Assembly (NCBI GenBank): GCA_016839555.1
Contig: JAEOUA010000006.1
Span: forward strand, 512,001 to 576,000
Direction of reading: 5' to 3'
Source of the DNA: Promethearchaeota archaeon
GTDB taxonomy: Archaea > Asgardarchaeota > Lokiarchaeia > Sigyniarchaeales > SOKP01
DNA length: 64,000 nucleotides
A program made the position numbers and the translations under genes. Under the pieces are notes generated by a model, which made no database searches, was not told where the DNA came from, and worked only from the letters and a program-made list of their open reading frames with translations. Below, piece after piece: positions 49,123 to 59,445 of the stretch; the first letter of the stretch is position 1, and the number at the start of each line of letters is the position of its first letter.

Positions 49123-51500
49123 TAACAGGCATAAGTAGAAGAGCTACAGCAATAGAAAGCACTTCTAGATTTTTCCAAACTGTTGATTTAATTATTTCCC
49201 ATTTTAAAAGGGAAGCAGATAAGGAAAAAATATTCGAAATAGTTGAGGAAAAATTCACATTAGAAGATATATTAATAGCTACTGCCTCTGTTCATTTATA
49301 TCATAATATTGGAATAAGAGTAAGTGAAGCATTAGATCTTAGCAAAGGAACAATTGAATCAACCAGAGAATTGGAGCTATTGCAGAAAAGAATTCTCTAT
49401 AATGAGATTAAAGTACTTTTAAAAGATTCCTTTAGATCGGAAATTAATATGCTTAAAAGATTAATCGATTTAGAGAATAAATTCATAGATTTACTAATTA
49501 ATTTGCGGCAGAAAGGATATTTTGATGAAGAGAAGGAAACTTTATTTAATGATCTAGAAAAATATATCGAAAAAGAGTTATTAGAAATAGTTTTAGATTA
49601 TAGGCCAAGCAGCTTTTATGATTTGATTGGAGACTTAATTGGATTAACAAATAATATTAAAGATGATATTTTGAAAAGAGGAGCTGAATTTAAAGATTTA
49701 TCAGTAGAATTGGAAAAGAGATTATTAATTGAGGAAAAAGAAGATAAATACTTAGAATTATCCTCATTGACTAAAACAATTAAGAAATTAAAAGAGGATT
49801 TTGAATTTAAATCATATAAAGAATTGAAAATGGAAGCCATGCCTATTAGAATGATAAAAAAGAAAATAATTGACTATGAATTCAATAAATTTCCTGTATC
49901 TGTCCTTGGTTTGAAGGCGTTTAAAAGAGCAAACGATTTGAAGAAAAATATAATAGAGAAAATAGAATCGGGATTAGAACAAGAAATTAAATACGATCAA
50001 TTTGAAGAAAAAATGTTAGATTACTTGAAAGAGGAAATAATTAAGGAACTAAGTACAAATGCTAATGATTTTATTTATTTCCTACAAAATTTAAATGAAG
50101 AAAAATTTAAAGAAATATCCTACCTATTGAATAAATACGGAATCCATAATATTTTGAATATGATTAATATAAACGAGGAAAAAGCTTCAGAAGTTAAAAA
50201 AAATATGATTAGATATAATATAGAAAAATTTGAGATCATACAATTAAGTGATCAGAAGAAAAATCCATTAAATATCGCAAAGAAAGCATTGAATAAGATA
50301 AAATTTTCATATATCAATCAGATGGATCTCGATATGAATTTAAAATTTCTATTAAATAAGGAAAGAGAAGAATTTTCTGATTTATGGGATGCCATTGAAG
50401 AGGACATTGAATATTCATATTTTGATTTAAAAGATCTGATTAGAAAAAAAGAAACAATTGATAAGGTTTTTTTAAATCAATTAAATTTGAAAAATTATTC
50501 TCAAATATTATTTCTTTTAGAATTTGATAAAATTTTGGATGCTTTAATGAAAGAGTCCTTTTTTTATATTTTGTCTAAAATTTTAAGGCAATTAAGTAGA
50601 ATTATTGAATCGTATTTGAAGATTTCAAATGAAAAGGGATTATATTTATTAGCTTTAAAAAAAATTGAAAATACAACAGAATCAGAAGAATGGGTTCAAA
50701 TAAAAATAGAGGAGTTAGTTATTAATCGTTTAATTGAGCGACAAAAAGAATTAGTAGAAATTTTTGATGCGCAAAATAAACCATTTCTTATCAATGGATT
50801 CATATTAGCCAGATTAACGGATAATTCATTAGAAAATGCGATAGAAATTCTTCAAAATAAAGTAAGCCCTCTGTATGAAGATATTAAAGATTTAAAATTA
50901 AAAGAAGATTTAATTTCTCCCATATCTTATTGTATAGGATATGATCTAATTAAAAGATTTGAAAAATCTACTGCTATAAGAAAAGAAAAAGTAGAAGAGG
51001 CCAAAAAAGTTAAGGAAATAGAAAGAAAAGAAATAAAACAAGAAATTAGAAAAAAGCAGGAAATCAGCACCTTAAATTGGGTTGAAAGGAAAATAACATA
51101 CTCCTTAATGAGAGTAAATAGTCCTGGTATAAATCCAAATCAATTATATTGGCAAGAAAAGGATACTAAAACTGCAACAGATAGCATAAAAATACATAGT
51201 GAGTTAGAGGGAAATTCTATTGAATTAATTTCAGAATATTTTCTTTTTTGCATTAATAAAATAAACTCCATGACTTCAGAAGTTAAATTACCAAATAAGG
51301 ATAATATAAAGCAATTTGTTCAAAATATAATTGAAAGAACCTTAGAAAAAAGATTAAATCATTCACCAAGCTTGGAAGAAATAAACGATATGTATGAAGG
51401 AGAGCGCTTAGAAATTTCACAAATAGTCGCCAACAGAATTGGTAAAATTTTGAATAAAGCGATATATGCTAAATTTAAATCTAAAAAATTAGGATCTTAA
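49119..51500 (+). CDS. Large hypothetical helical protein
   Basis: 793-aa ORF; ATGA overlap with the upstream gene. Confidence 0.75.
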   Translation: MITGISRRATAIESTSRFFQTVDLIISHFKREADKEKIFEIVEEKFTLEDILIATASVHLYHNIGIRVSEALDLSKGTIESTRELELLQKRILYNEIKVLLKDSFRSEINMLKRLIDLENKFIDLLINLRQKGYFDEEKETLFNDLEKYIEKELLEIVLDYRPSSFYDLIGDLIGLTNNIKDDILKRGAEFKDLSVELEKRLLIEEKEDKYLELSSLTKTIKKLKEDFEFKSYKELKMEAMPIRMIKKKIIDYEFNKFPVSVLGLKAFKRANDLKKNIIEKIESGLEQEIKYDQFEEKMLDYLKEEIIKELSTNANDFIYFLQNLNEEKFKEISYLLNKYGIHNILNMININEEKASEVKKNMIRYNIEKFEIIQLSDQKKNPLNIAKKALNKIKFSYINQMDLDMNLKFLLNKEREEFSDLWDAIEEDIEYSYFDLKDLIRKKETIDKVFLNQLNLKNYSQILFLLEFDKILDALMKESFFYILSKILRQLSRIIESYLKISNEKGLYLLALKKIENTTESEEWVQIKIEELVINRLIERQKELVEIFDAQNKPFLINGFILARLTDNSLENAIEILQNKVSPLYEDIKDLKLKEDLISPISYCIGYDLIKRFEKSTAIRKEKVEEAKKVKEIERKEIKQEIRKKQEISTLNWVERKITYSLMRVNSPGINPNQLYWQEKDTKTATDSIKIHSELEGNSIELISEYFLFCINKINSMTSEVKLPNKDNIKQFVQNIIERTLEKRLNHSPSLEEINDMYEGERLEISQIVANRIGKILNKAIYAKFKSKKLGS

Positions 51501-51724
51501 TTATAATGAATATTTAGTAGATTTATGAGATAATCCCTTCAATTAAGTCTAAAAAAACTAAATTTCACTTATTTTTATTGAATTATTATTATTTTTATTA
51601 ATTAATATCTTGATTAATATTGAATAAGATAATTAATGCTATTTAATCCCTCGATTATTTAATTTTTAAGAAAAATTTAATTGCAAAATAAGATATGACT
51701 AAAATATAATAATAAATTAAGAGA

Positions 51725-52009
51725 TTGATAGATTTGTCTTTGATTTTAGATAAAATAAAAAATTATTTACGTTTTCTTCAAAAATCACTTAGAGAAATAA
51801 TTAAAGGGTTTGTTTTATTTATATTTGCTACTTTAGGGTTAATCTCGGCAGTAATTTTTAGATCGCTTGATTTTAATGGAGTAATAATAAGTATTATTAG
51901 TATAATTGTAGAAATATTTGGGATTCTATTTTGTTTTTTGGCTTGTAGATCTTATTTAGAACAAATAGAAGAGGAAACGGAAATAAAATCAAAGAAAAAA
52001 ATCAAATAA
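51725..52009 (+). CDS. Small two-TM membrane protein
   Basis: Two hydrophobic helices and a charged C-tail. Confidence 0.6.
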   Translation: MIDLSLILDKIKNYLRFLQKSLREIIKGFVLFIFATLGLISAVIFRSLDFNGVIISIISIIVEIFGILFCFLACRSYLEQIEEETEIKSKKKIK

Positions 52010-52010
52010 T

Positions 52011-52727
52011 TTAAAACCATTTTTCCCATTCAGAAAAATGAGCAAAATTATGATTTTTTAAATAGGATTTTAAATCTTTTATTAAAATATTAGGGTCATA
52101 AATCCATGCTTCATCTTTATTAAATGATACACTCTTTATATTATCGTAGTTAAAAATTGATTTGAAAATAAGACCATATGTAGCGACCTGAGGTAAAGAA
52201 TATAAAAAATTACCTTCAGGTTTATAATCTATTATTTTTATGGAATTATTTATTATTTGAATTAAATCAATATGTCCTGTTATATATTCTCCATGAATTT
52301 CTTTCCAAATGGGAAGTTCAATGCAGATAGAATTTTTATCCCTTATCAAAATATTTTTAAGAATTGGATCATGTCCAGGTATTTTATTAATATTATTCTT
52401 ACTATAATTCTTATAAACCTCTTCGACATATTGGGATAGTGGATAATTTGAATCAAGTTTTTCAATTTTACCAGAACGTATTAATTTTTTACTATAACTT
52501 CTCAAGAATGCTTTTTTAATTCCCTTTAATTTAAATCGAGAGATTCTTGGAATGTTTTTCGTGTTAAAAATATCATTGGGAATTTTTCCTTCATAAACTT
52601 TTTTAATATAGCTTTCTAGCCTTTTGTATTCCCTTCCACCATTGCTTATTTGGGAGATTCGGTTTTGATGATAATGGAAACTATAACGAATGTTTTGATG
52701 ATAGAAATCTCTTTTTCTTAGCCACAT
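52011..52727 (-). CDS. PD-(D/E)XK nuclease family protein
   Basis: ELPIW ... TGHIDLI ... IIDYKP ... QVATY motifs. Confidence 0.8.
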   Translation of the reverse strand: MWLRKRDFYHQNIRYSFHYHQNRISQISNGGREYKRLESYIKKVYEGKIPNDIFNTKNIPRISRFKLKGIKKAFLRSYSKKLIRSGKIEKLDSNYPLSQYVEEVYKNYSKNNINKIPGHDPILKNILIRDKNSICIELPIWKEIHGEYITGHIDLIQIINNSIKIIDYKPEGNFLYSLPQVATYGLIFKSIFNYDNIKSVSFNKDEAWIYDPNILIKDLKSYLKNHNFAHFSEWEKWF

Positions 52728-52848
52728 ATTATAACCTTTCTGCTTATATATAGAATAAGAAGGAACTCAATTAAATTAATAATATTAAGCAATTATTATG
52801 ATTTTTATTATGAATTTATTTATTTTAAATAGTATTTTGAAAGAAAAG

Positions 52849-52923
52849 CGGACCCGGCAGGATTCGAACCTGCGACTTTCGGATTAGAAGTCCGACGCCC
52901 TATCCGGGCTAGGCTACGGGTCC
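52849..52923 (-). tRNA. tRNA-Arg(TCT)
   Basis: GGACCCG acceptor; TCGGA-CTTCTAA-TCCGA anticodon arm; GCAGG-TTCGAAT-CCTGC T arm. Confidence 0.96.
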
Positions 52924-53067
52924 ATGCAAAGCTATTTCCAAAAAAAGAAAACAAAAAGATTTATAAAAATAAAAGGAATAAAAATCTTTAAATTTTATTA
53001 TGAAGATTAAAGTTAGATTCTAATATTAGCCCTTTTTTTTATAAAAATTAATTGATAAATATACCCT

Positions 53068-54198
53068 TTATTCATTATTCGACTTTATTATAAGAGCATC
53101 AATCACAATCATATCAGATTTAGGAGAATATGATTTTACAACCTTGGCGTGTTTTATGCTATCTAATCTCCATCTATTTTTATGTAATTCTGTTTGTAAC
53201 TTATCTATAGCTTTTTTAACAGAATTAGGTTTCTCGCTGAATTGATAATTATGCAAAATACATCCGGTTTTTTTAGAAATATGACACACTACGTCTATAT
53301 GATCTAAAGATTTTTCTGGCAAATTCATAACTACTCGATCTACATTGTTTTTTAACAAATCACTAACCTTATCTTTTGAATTTAAAAGATTTTTGACATT
53401 CATTTTAATTGGAATAATCTTTCCTTTCAAATTATTAAGTTTTATATTTTTTTCTAGCAACTTAATAGCAAACGGATTGATATCAAAAGCATAAATGTTT
53501 ACATCATGATTTTTTGCTATTATTATTGAGAAGGCCCCCACACCTGCAAATAAGTCAACAATTAATTCGTTTTTTTTAATATTTCGTAAAGATATCCTTT
53601 TCCTCTCATGATTTAATCTGGGAGAAAAAAATACTTTTTCTAAATCAATCTTAAATACGCAATGATTTTCTTTATGAATGGTTTGAGGTTTTTTTATTCC
53701 AGCAAGATATTTTAATTTTCTTAAGCGATAAGTCCCCGTAATCTTACTCTGTTTTTCGTAAACGCTTTTTATATTTTTATTGACTTTTATAATTGCATTT
53801 GCTATTTTTTTTTTTACTATTTTAGGATAATTTATAGAATTATATTGATCTAACTCTACAATAACAATATCTCCAATAATATCATAAGATTGTGGAATTA
53901 ATTCAAGCAATTCATCGGGTAATTTATTTTCCAATTCTTCCTCTAAAGATTGAGCTTTATAATTCAGTCTCTTTTTCCCTTCAATAAATATTATTTTAAA
54001 GGGAATTTGTTCTTTTAATTTGAGTGCTAATTTTTTTATATTGAGATGTGGGTTTAAAGGAAAATAAAGATTCTCCTCTTTTTCAATTACTTCATATTTT
54101 TTATTAAAAATTGATTTATTTTTAAAATGTTTTTTAATTAATTTTATCAAACCTTGAGCGTTAACTTTTTTAACTTTTATATGTGGAATTTTTATCAA
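53068..54198 (-). CDS. trm5: tRNA m1G37 methyltransferase, Trm5/Met10+ family
   Basis: YDIIGDI, HKEN, VFFSPRL..ER, DLFAGVG, DINP, MNLP. Confidence 0.88.
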   Translation of the reverse strand: MIKIPHIKVKKVNAQGLIKLIKKHFKNKSIFNKKYEVIEKEENLYFPLNPHLNIKKLALKLKEQIPFKIIFIEGKKRLNYKAQSLEEELENKLPDELLELIPQSYDIIGDIVIVELDQYNSINYPKIVKKKIANAIIKVNKNIKSVYEKQSKITGTYRLRKLKYLAGIKKPQTIHKENHCVFKIDLEKVFFSPRLNHERKRISLRNIKKNELIVDLFAGVGAFSIIIAKNHDVNIYAFDINPFAIKLLEKNIKLNNLKGKIIPIKMNVKNLLNSKDKVSDLLKNNVDRVVMNLPEKSLDHIDVVCHISKKTGCILHNYQFSEKPNSVKKAIDKLQTELHKNRWRLDSIKHAKVVKSYSPKSDMIVIDALIIKSNNE

Positions 54199-54207
54199 TT
54201 TATATCT

Positions 54208-54633
54208 CTATTTTTTTCCTAATTTTTTAAAAATAATGTAGAACTCTTTTTTTGATGATCTGATCTCATTAATTAATTTTCGTGATAAATCTTTTGAAGA
54301 TTTCGAACAGTTTATCAGAACTGTCCTATTAGAAATGTAATCACTTTTTCGGAAAACTATATCATTTTTATGGGTTAATGTAAGATTCTTATCTCCAAAA
54401 CCGATGAATGAATCTATATAATTTTCTGATTGGATAGCAACCTTAATTTTTTTACCTTTTCGAATACATTGTTTTAAATTTTTATTCAAATCATTACAGG
54501 CTTTTGAGGCATTTATTCCTAAAATGCAATTTCCTTTTCTTGTTAAATTTTTTTCTTTTGTTATTTCTATTGTTGTTTCATGGGTACATAAAATATTTTC
54601 ATGCCCATAGGCTTTAATTTTGTCTAAAACCAT
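54208..54633 (-). CDS. DUF371 family protein
   Basis: AYGHENILCTHETTIEITKE..LT.KGNCILG ... DIVFRKS.Y...RT. Confidence 0.85.
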   Translation of the reverse strand: MVLDKIKAYGHENILCTHETTIEITKEKNLTRKGNCILGINASKACNDLNKNLKQCIRKGKKIKVAIQSENYIDSFIGFGDKNLTLTHKNDIVFRKSDYISNRTVLINCSKSSKDLSRKLINEIRSSKKEFYIIFKKLGKK

Positions 54634-56255
54634 TTTAAAATTTCCCTTGGCATAGATGCTTTAAAAATTGGTATTTTAATGTTTTTTTTAACTATCTGAA
54701 AGATTTTTTCATAACTTTCATTATCAAATTTTACAATTTCGTCATATTGATTAATATATTGATTTGGGATTAAGAAACCACATTTTTTGTAAATTCTTGA
54801 ATTATTTTTGATAAATTTTATAATTTCTTTTGCTAGACTTTTATATATTATTTTAGAAAAATCATCATATCTGATTGCTTCGTATTGTCCCATTGGATAA
54901 GTATCTATTAATTCTAAAGGAATTACACCAAAAAATTCAGAAAGAAACACAATATGAATTTTATCCCTTGGAGTAATTCTGTTATTATTGATAATATCAA
55001 ACCAATTGGTTGTAGTGGGGGAATTTTTACCTATAAGATCTAACTCTGGTAAAATAAGTAAATATTTTACCTTATCGGGGACTCGATATTTATTTTCAAA
55101 TCTATTTTTATACCGATAAATTATTGGTCTATTTTTACTCTCTAAAGAACTTAAGAACCTTCCATGATCTTTATAAATTTTTTCATGTTTTTCAAAAAAA
55201 GGATGATTATTTTTTAGAAGAACAAGAGCATTTAAAAGACTAGGGTGAGATCTTACTCTTTTTTCAACTAATTCCCATAAATTTCCTTCTCTTATTGCTT
55301 GGCGAATAGTTTTTAATTCTGAAAGGGAGATATATAAATTATGTTTTGCCAATAGTTTAGTTCTGAATTCTTTTTCAAATTTTTTTAACTCTGCTGGTTC
55401 ATATGTAATACACACGGGGCAATTACAAGGAAATTCTTTTAAATCTTCAAGCTTTTCAGTTCCAGTTGCAAGTGAAAAATATCTATCATCCTTAGCATAC
55501 AAGATATATGCTGCTGAATCCATTAAATCACATCCAAATGCAATAGCTAATGAGAAGAATTGAGGTAAACCTAGCCCAAACATATGAATTGGTTTATTTG
55601 GAATGATATTCTGCTTTACGGTATTAAGAATTTGAAGGACATTTTTAAATTGATAATTTAAAAAAAATTTTACTAAGCCCCCTATTGCATAAACTGCAAA
55701 ATCTAAATTAGACATTTCCAATGTACTTTTTTTTAATAAATTTAGATAAATTGATCCATGAATTGGTCCAATCCAGCAACCATCCTTTGTTCTCCTTTTG
55801 ATATTACCTTTTGCTCTTTTTATACTTAAATCTACTTTATTTTTTGCTGTTTCATAATCGTCATCCGGCTGAACAGGCACATCTAAAATAACAAGAAGAT
55901 CTGATCCAATTTCTTCTTGAAAACTCTCGATCTCACTTGCCTCGATCACTATATCTTCTTTTTGGTACATATATTGTTGAAATGCACCGCTATCTGTCGC
56001 AATTAAACCATCAAAATCTAAATAATTATTTATTTTTTTTTGAAGAGCTTTTTCTTTTTCTATTTCATTCTGATAAAGAATATAAGCATTAGTAAAAATA
56101 CTATTAAATCCAATATCTTTTATTTCTTTAGGCTTTAATAAGTTATGATAAGGATGGATTACGGGTAATAGAGTAGGGGTAATAATTTTTTTATTATTAA
56201 CTTTAAAGAGACATACTCTAGCTAAAGCATCCGTATCTAAAATTTCAAACTCCAT
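54624..56255 (-). CDS. tgtA: Archaeosine tRNA-guanine(15) transglycosylase
   Basis: TPTLLPVI, TNAYIL, TDSGAFQ, HMFG, GCDLMDSAAY, CNCPVC..HNL Zn site; no obvious C-terminal PUA domain. Confidence 0.92.
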   Translation of the reverse strand: MEFEILDTDALARVCLFKVNNKKIITPTLLPVIHPYHNLLKPKEIKDIGFNSIFTNAYILYQNEIEKEKALQKKINNYLDFDGLIATDSGAFQQYMYQKEDIVIEASEIESFQEEIGSDLLVILDVPVQPDDDYETAKNKVDLSIKRAKGNIKRRTKDGCWIGPIHGSIYLNLLKKSTLEMSNLDFAVYAIGGLVKFFLNYQFKNVLQILNTVKQNIIPNKPIHMFGLGLPQFFSLAIAFGCDLMDSAAYILYAKDDRYFSLATGTEKLEDLKEFPCNCPVCITYEPAELKKFEKEFRTKLLAKHNLYISLSELKTIRQAIREGNLWELVEKRVRSHPSLLNALVLLKNNHPFFEKHEKIYKDHGRFLSSLESKNRPIIYRYKNRFENKYRVPDKVKYLLILPELDLIGKNSPTTTNWFDIINNNRITPRDKIHIVFLSEFFGVIPLELIDTYPMGQYEAIRYDDFSKIIYKSLAKEIIKFIKNNSRIYKKCGFLIPNQYINQYDEIVKFDNESYEKIFQIVKKNIKIPIFKASMPREILKWF

Positions 56256-56287
56256 AAGAATTTTAAATAGATAAATTTTTATCTCTT

Positions 56288-56881
56288 TTAATCAAAAAAT
56301 TCATTTAAACGATCTTGATTAGAAAGCTCCTCTAACCAATCTATATTCCCAACCTTATACTTCTCAATAAAGCCATCTTTTTGAATCATATCTATTATTA
56401 TTTCTGAAATCTGCCTTATAGTCTTATATGAAGTATCTATTTCATAGAGTGGACATTTAAGATTTTTTTGTAAGATATAATTTGTACTATTCCCCAGAAT
56501 TTCTGCTTGCATATTTTCCTTAATTTTTTTTTCATTATAATTCCTATTTTTTAATCTCTCTTTTAAAATATCTGGATGGCATCTTAGAATTATACTGAGA
56601 GTAATATATTTATTTGGAACAACGTCAGCAAAATGACCTTCAATTATACAAAAATTAATGCCCTCATTCTTAGAATTTTTTATTAATTCTTTCAGAAATT
56701 TCTTTAATTTAACAAAATCGGCCACATATGTTTCTCTTTCTTCATCATACTTTTGAACAAAATTTTTTGATATAACTAATGTGTTCAATGAAACTAATTT
56801 TGCATTTAAATAATCTGATATTAATTTCGATATAGAAGTTTTTCCAGTTCCAGGTGTCCCAGTAATAATTATGATTCTCAT
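56288..56881 (-). CDS. AK6/Fap7-type adenylate kinase
   Basis: ITGTPGTGKT, IIEGH, LRCHP..L..RL..R.Y..KI.EN..AEI. Confidence 0.9.
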   Translation of the reverse strand: MRIIIITGTPGTGKTSISKLISDYLNAKLVSLNTLVISKNFVQKYDEERETYVADFVKLKKFLKELIKNSKNEGINFCIIEGHFADVVPNKYITLSIILRCHPDILKERLKNRNYNEKKIKENMQAEILGNSTNYILQKNLKCPLYEIDTSYKTIRQISEIIIDMIQKDGFIEKYKVGNIDWLEELSNQDRLNEFFD

Positions 56882-57134
56882 TTTAACACTTAATAATGAA
56901 TATAATACAAAATGATTAAAAATTTTTTAATAAAAATTAAAAAAAAAATAAGAAAAATTAATTAATTACTTTCTATGTATCGTAAACTAATAAAGTAAAG
57001 TTAGAATAAATCAATTGTTTTCTATTTTTCTATAAAAAGCGAATTTAAGATATTAATTTACCGTTATGATAAAAAAAATTTTTTAAATATCTACAATTAA
57101 AATAAAATAATAAGAAAATCAGAGAAAATTTTTT

Positions 57135-57208
<74 letters not shown>

Positions 57209-57347
57209 TTATTTTTATTATATAAATTCATTTTTTTAGATTTTATAAACTTAATTAAAATCTTTGAAATTATAACAAATTCATTTATATGTAAAAAATT
57301 TTCAATTAAGATTTTCCAATAAAACAAATTAAAGAATTTGAATTCAA

Positions 57348-57779
57348 ATGACAAATCCTTTGAATTTTTCGATAATCGGATTACAAGAGTTTAGTATATC
57401 TTTCGATAAATATTGCACGGATTGTCAAATCCAACAATACTGTGAATATGGGAGAAAAAAACCATTTACAATTGAAATTAATTGTAAGGATATAAATCAA
57501 GCGAAAGAAAAGATAAAGTACGATGAATTAAGAAGTTTACAAAAAACTGAAAATATCACGAACTCTTATGATGATTTACTTAAAAAAGTAAAGATAAATC
57601 TTCAAAGCATTTTCTCACAGATTTGGAAAAAAAAAATTAAAAATCAAAAAGAAGTAATTAGATGCTTAGACTCAAAAAAAGTTGATCCTATTTTAGTGAC
57701 TCAACAAGGACAAGATTGGTGGCAAGATTTTAACCAAACCATGAAACTTATAAATGAAGAGTGCGAAAAAATAATTTAA
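57348..57779 (+). CDS. Hypothetical protein with CxxCx5C motif
   Basis: YCTDCQIQQYCEYG plus further Cys residues. Confidence 0.7.
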   Translation: MTNPLNFSIIGLQEFSISFDKYCTDCQIQQYCEYGRKKPFTIEINCKDINQAKEKIKYDELRSLQKTENITNSYDDLLKKVKINLQSIFSQIWKKKIKNQKEVIRCLDSKKVDPILVTQQGQDWWQDFNQTMKLINEECEKII

Positions 57780-57787
57780 AGAGACCT

Positions 57788-59329
57788 TTATACTTCAATT
57801 TGATATTCATTTAAAAACTTTAAAAAATTATTTTGTTTTTCATCTAGATATTTATTATCTTGTTTAATTCTTAAAATTTTTTGAATAGAGTTAAATGATT
57901 GTTCCTTTACTTTAATTCTTGCAATATTTAAATCGTTAAATCTCTTATAATATTTGGTCCAAAGTGTAATACCTTCTCTTATAGATAAATCATTCGAGGG
58001 CCTTACACAATATTCACCATGTTTTTGAGCAAATAAATCTTGATAGACCCACCATTTCATAGAAATAGGATATGCTTTAGAGCCGTATTTCTCAGTAAAA
58101 TATTTCATATTATTAAATATAAATGTTCCTGGATAATTATGAAATCTTCGTATATTTAAAGCAATTTTATCAAAATCATTATTTAGGAATATTTTTTCTA
58201 AATCTTGAAATAATTGAAATAATGATTCTCTCGTTTCACCAGGATGTAATAAGAGTAGATTGATTTGACAGAGATAATTTAATTTTTTATGTATGTCTAA
58301 AATTTTTATAAATTTATCAATGAATTTCTCTGGATTATTGGTTTTATTCATAATTTTTAACATTTCATAATTTGTATGCTCTAAACCGTACCAATTGAAA
58401 AAATTTTTTTTTTGAAGTCTTTTTAATATATTTTCACTTAATATATCTAGTCTAGTTTCAACCCAAAATGAACAAGAATCTTGAGGGGTATATTGATTAA
58501 GGAAGGAATTTAACCATTTTTGACTAAATCCAAAGATGCTATCGACAAACCCATAATTTTTTATATTATGTTGCAAACCAAACTCCACCATATTTTCAAC
58601 TTCTTTTGCTGCCCTTGATGGAGAATAAGATCTCCATTTTTTTATTTTATCAATTCCGTTTATTAATGTTTTTTCAATACAGAAATGACAATTAAAAGGG
58701 CATCCTCGTGAAAGATTAATGGCGAGTTCTGAAAAATCATCTAGATATTTTTTAACAGAGAGAGATGAAAAATCTAACTGGGGAAGACTATTTAAATCTT
58801 CAATAAAGCTTTTTTTTAATATTATTGGGGTATTATTTTTTTTAGGATTGTTAATAATAAGATTATATAGAGAGTATTCACCCTCTCCTTGAATTAAATA
58901 ATCAATAGAATGATTATTCTTGAAATCCTCTTTACAAGCTGAAATATGAGTACCTCCAACAACTATTGGACTGCTTTTATAAAATTTTTTGAAATATTTT
59001 GCTAAAATTTTAGTAGGCAGATACAAATGACTAAAAGAACATGAAATGCATATTAACGTAGATTCATCAATCTCAAAATCTAAAGTATCTATAAGATGAT
59101 TCATTTGAGAATAAAATCGCTTAATTTCTTCCCTGCTAAAATCATTTAATATAATTTTATTTTTCTTTTGTTCAATAGGTAAATATAAGATATCAAATTT
59201 TAAACTCCTTAATTTTGATTTTAAAAAATTTTCCAAATAAAATGGCCAAGCGAGTAGAATAGTTGATAAATGCTTTTCTAACAATGAGAAAGGTTGTATG
59301 AATAAAACTTTTTTAATCATATTTCGCAA
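57788..59329 (-). CDS. B12-binding-domain radical SAM protein
   Basis: VVGGTH, QGEGE, SRGCPFNCHFC, ETRLD, GLE, HPGET. Confidence 0.87.
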   Translation of the reverse strand: MRNMIKKVLFIQPFSLLEKHLSTILLAWPFYLENFLKSKLRSLKFDILYLPIEQKKNKIILNDFSREEIKRFYSQMNHLIDTLDFEIDESTLICISCSFSHLYLPTKILAKYFKKFYKSSPIVVGGTHISACKEDFKNNHSIDYLIQGEGEYSLYNLIINNPKKNNTPIILKKSFIEDLNSLPQLDFSSLSVKKYLDDFSELAINLSRGCPFNCHFCIEKTLINGIDKIKKWRSYSPSRAAKEVENMVEFGLQHNIKNYGFVDSIFGFSQKWLNSFLNQYTPQDSCSFWVETRLDILSENILKRLQKKNFFNWYGLEHTNYEMLKIMNKTNNPEKFIDKFIKILDIHKKLNYLCQINLLLLHPGETRESLFQLFQDLEKIFLNNDFDKIALNIRRFHNYPGTFIFNNMKYFTEKYGSKAYPISMKWWVYQDLFAQKHGEYCVRPSNDLSIREGITLWTKYYKRFNDLNIARIKVKEQSFNSIQKILRIKQDNKYLDEKQNNFLKFLNEYQIEV

Positions 59330-59445
59330 TTGATTTCTAAAAAATATTATAAAAAGTAAACGAGAATTTTTTCTTTAAAAAATACGATTTTAAATATTTA
59401 AATTTAAAGTTATAGAGAGAGATTAATAATAAAAATGGAGCAAAA

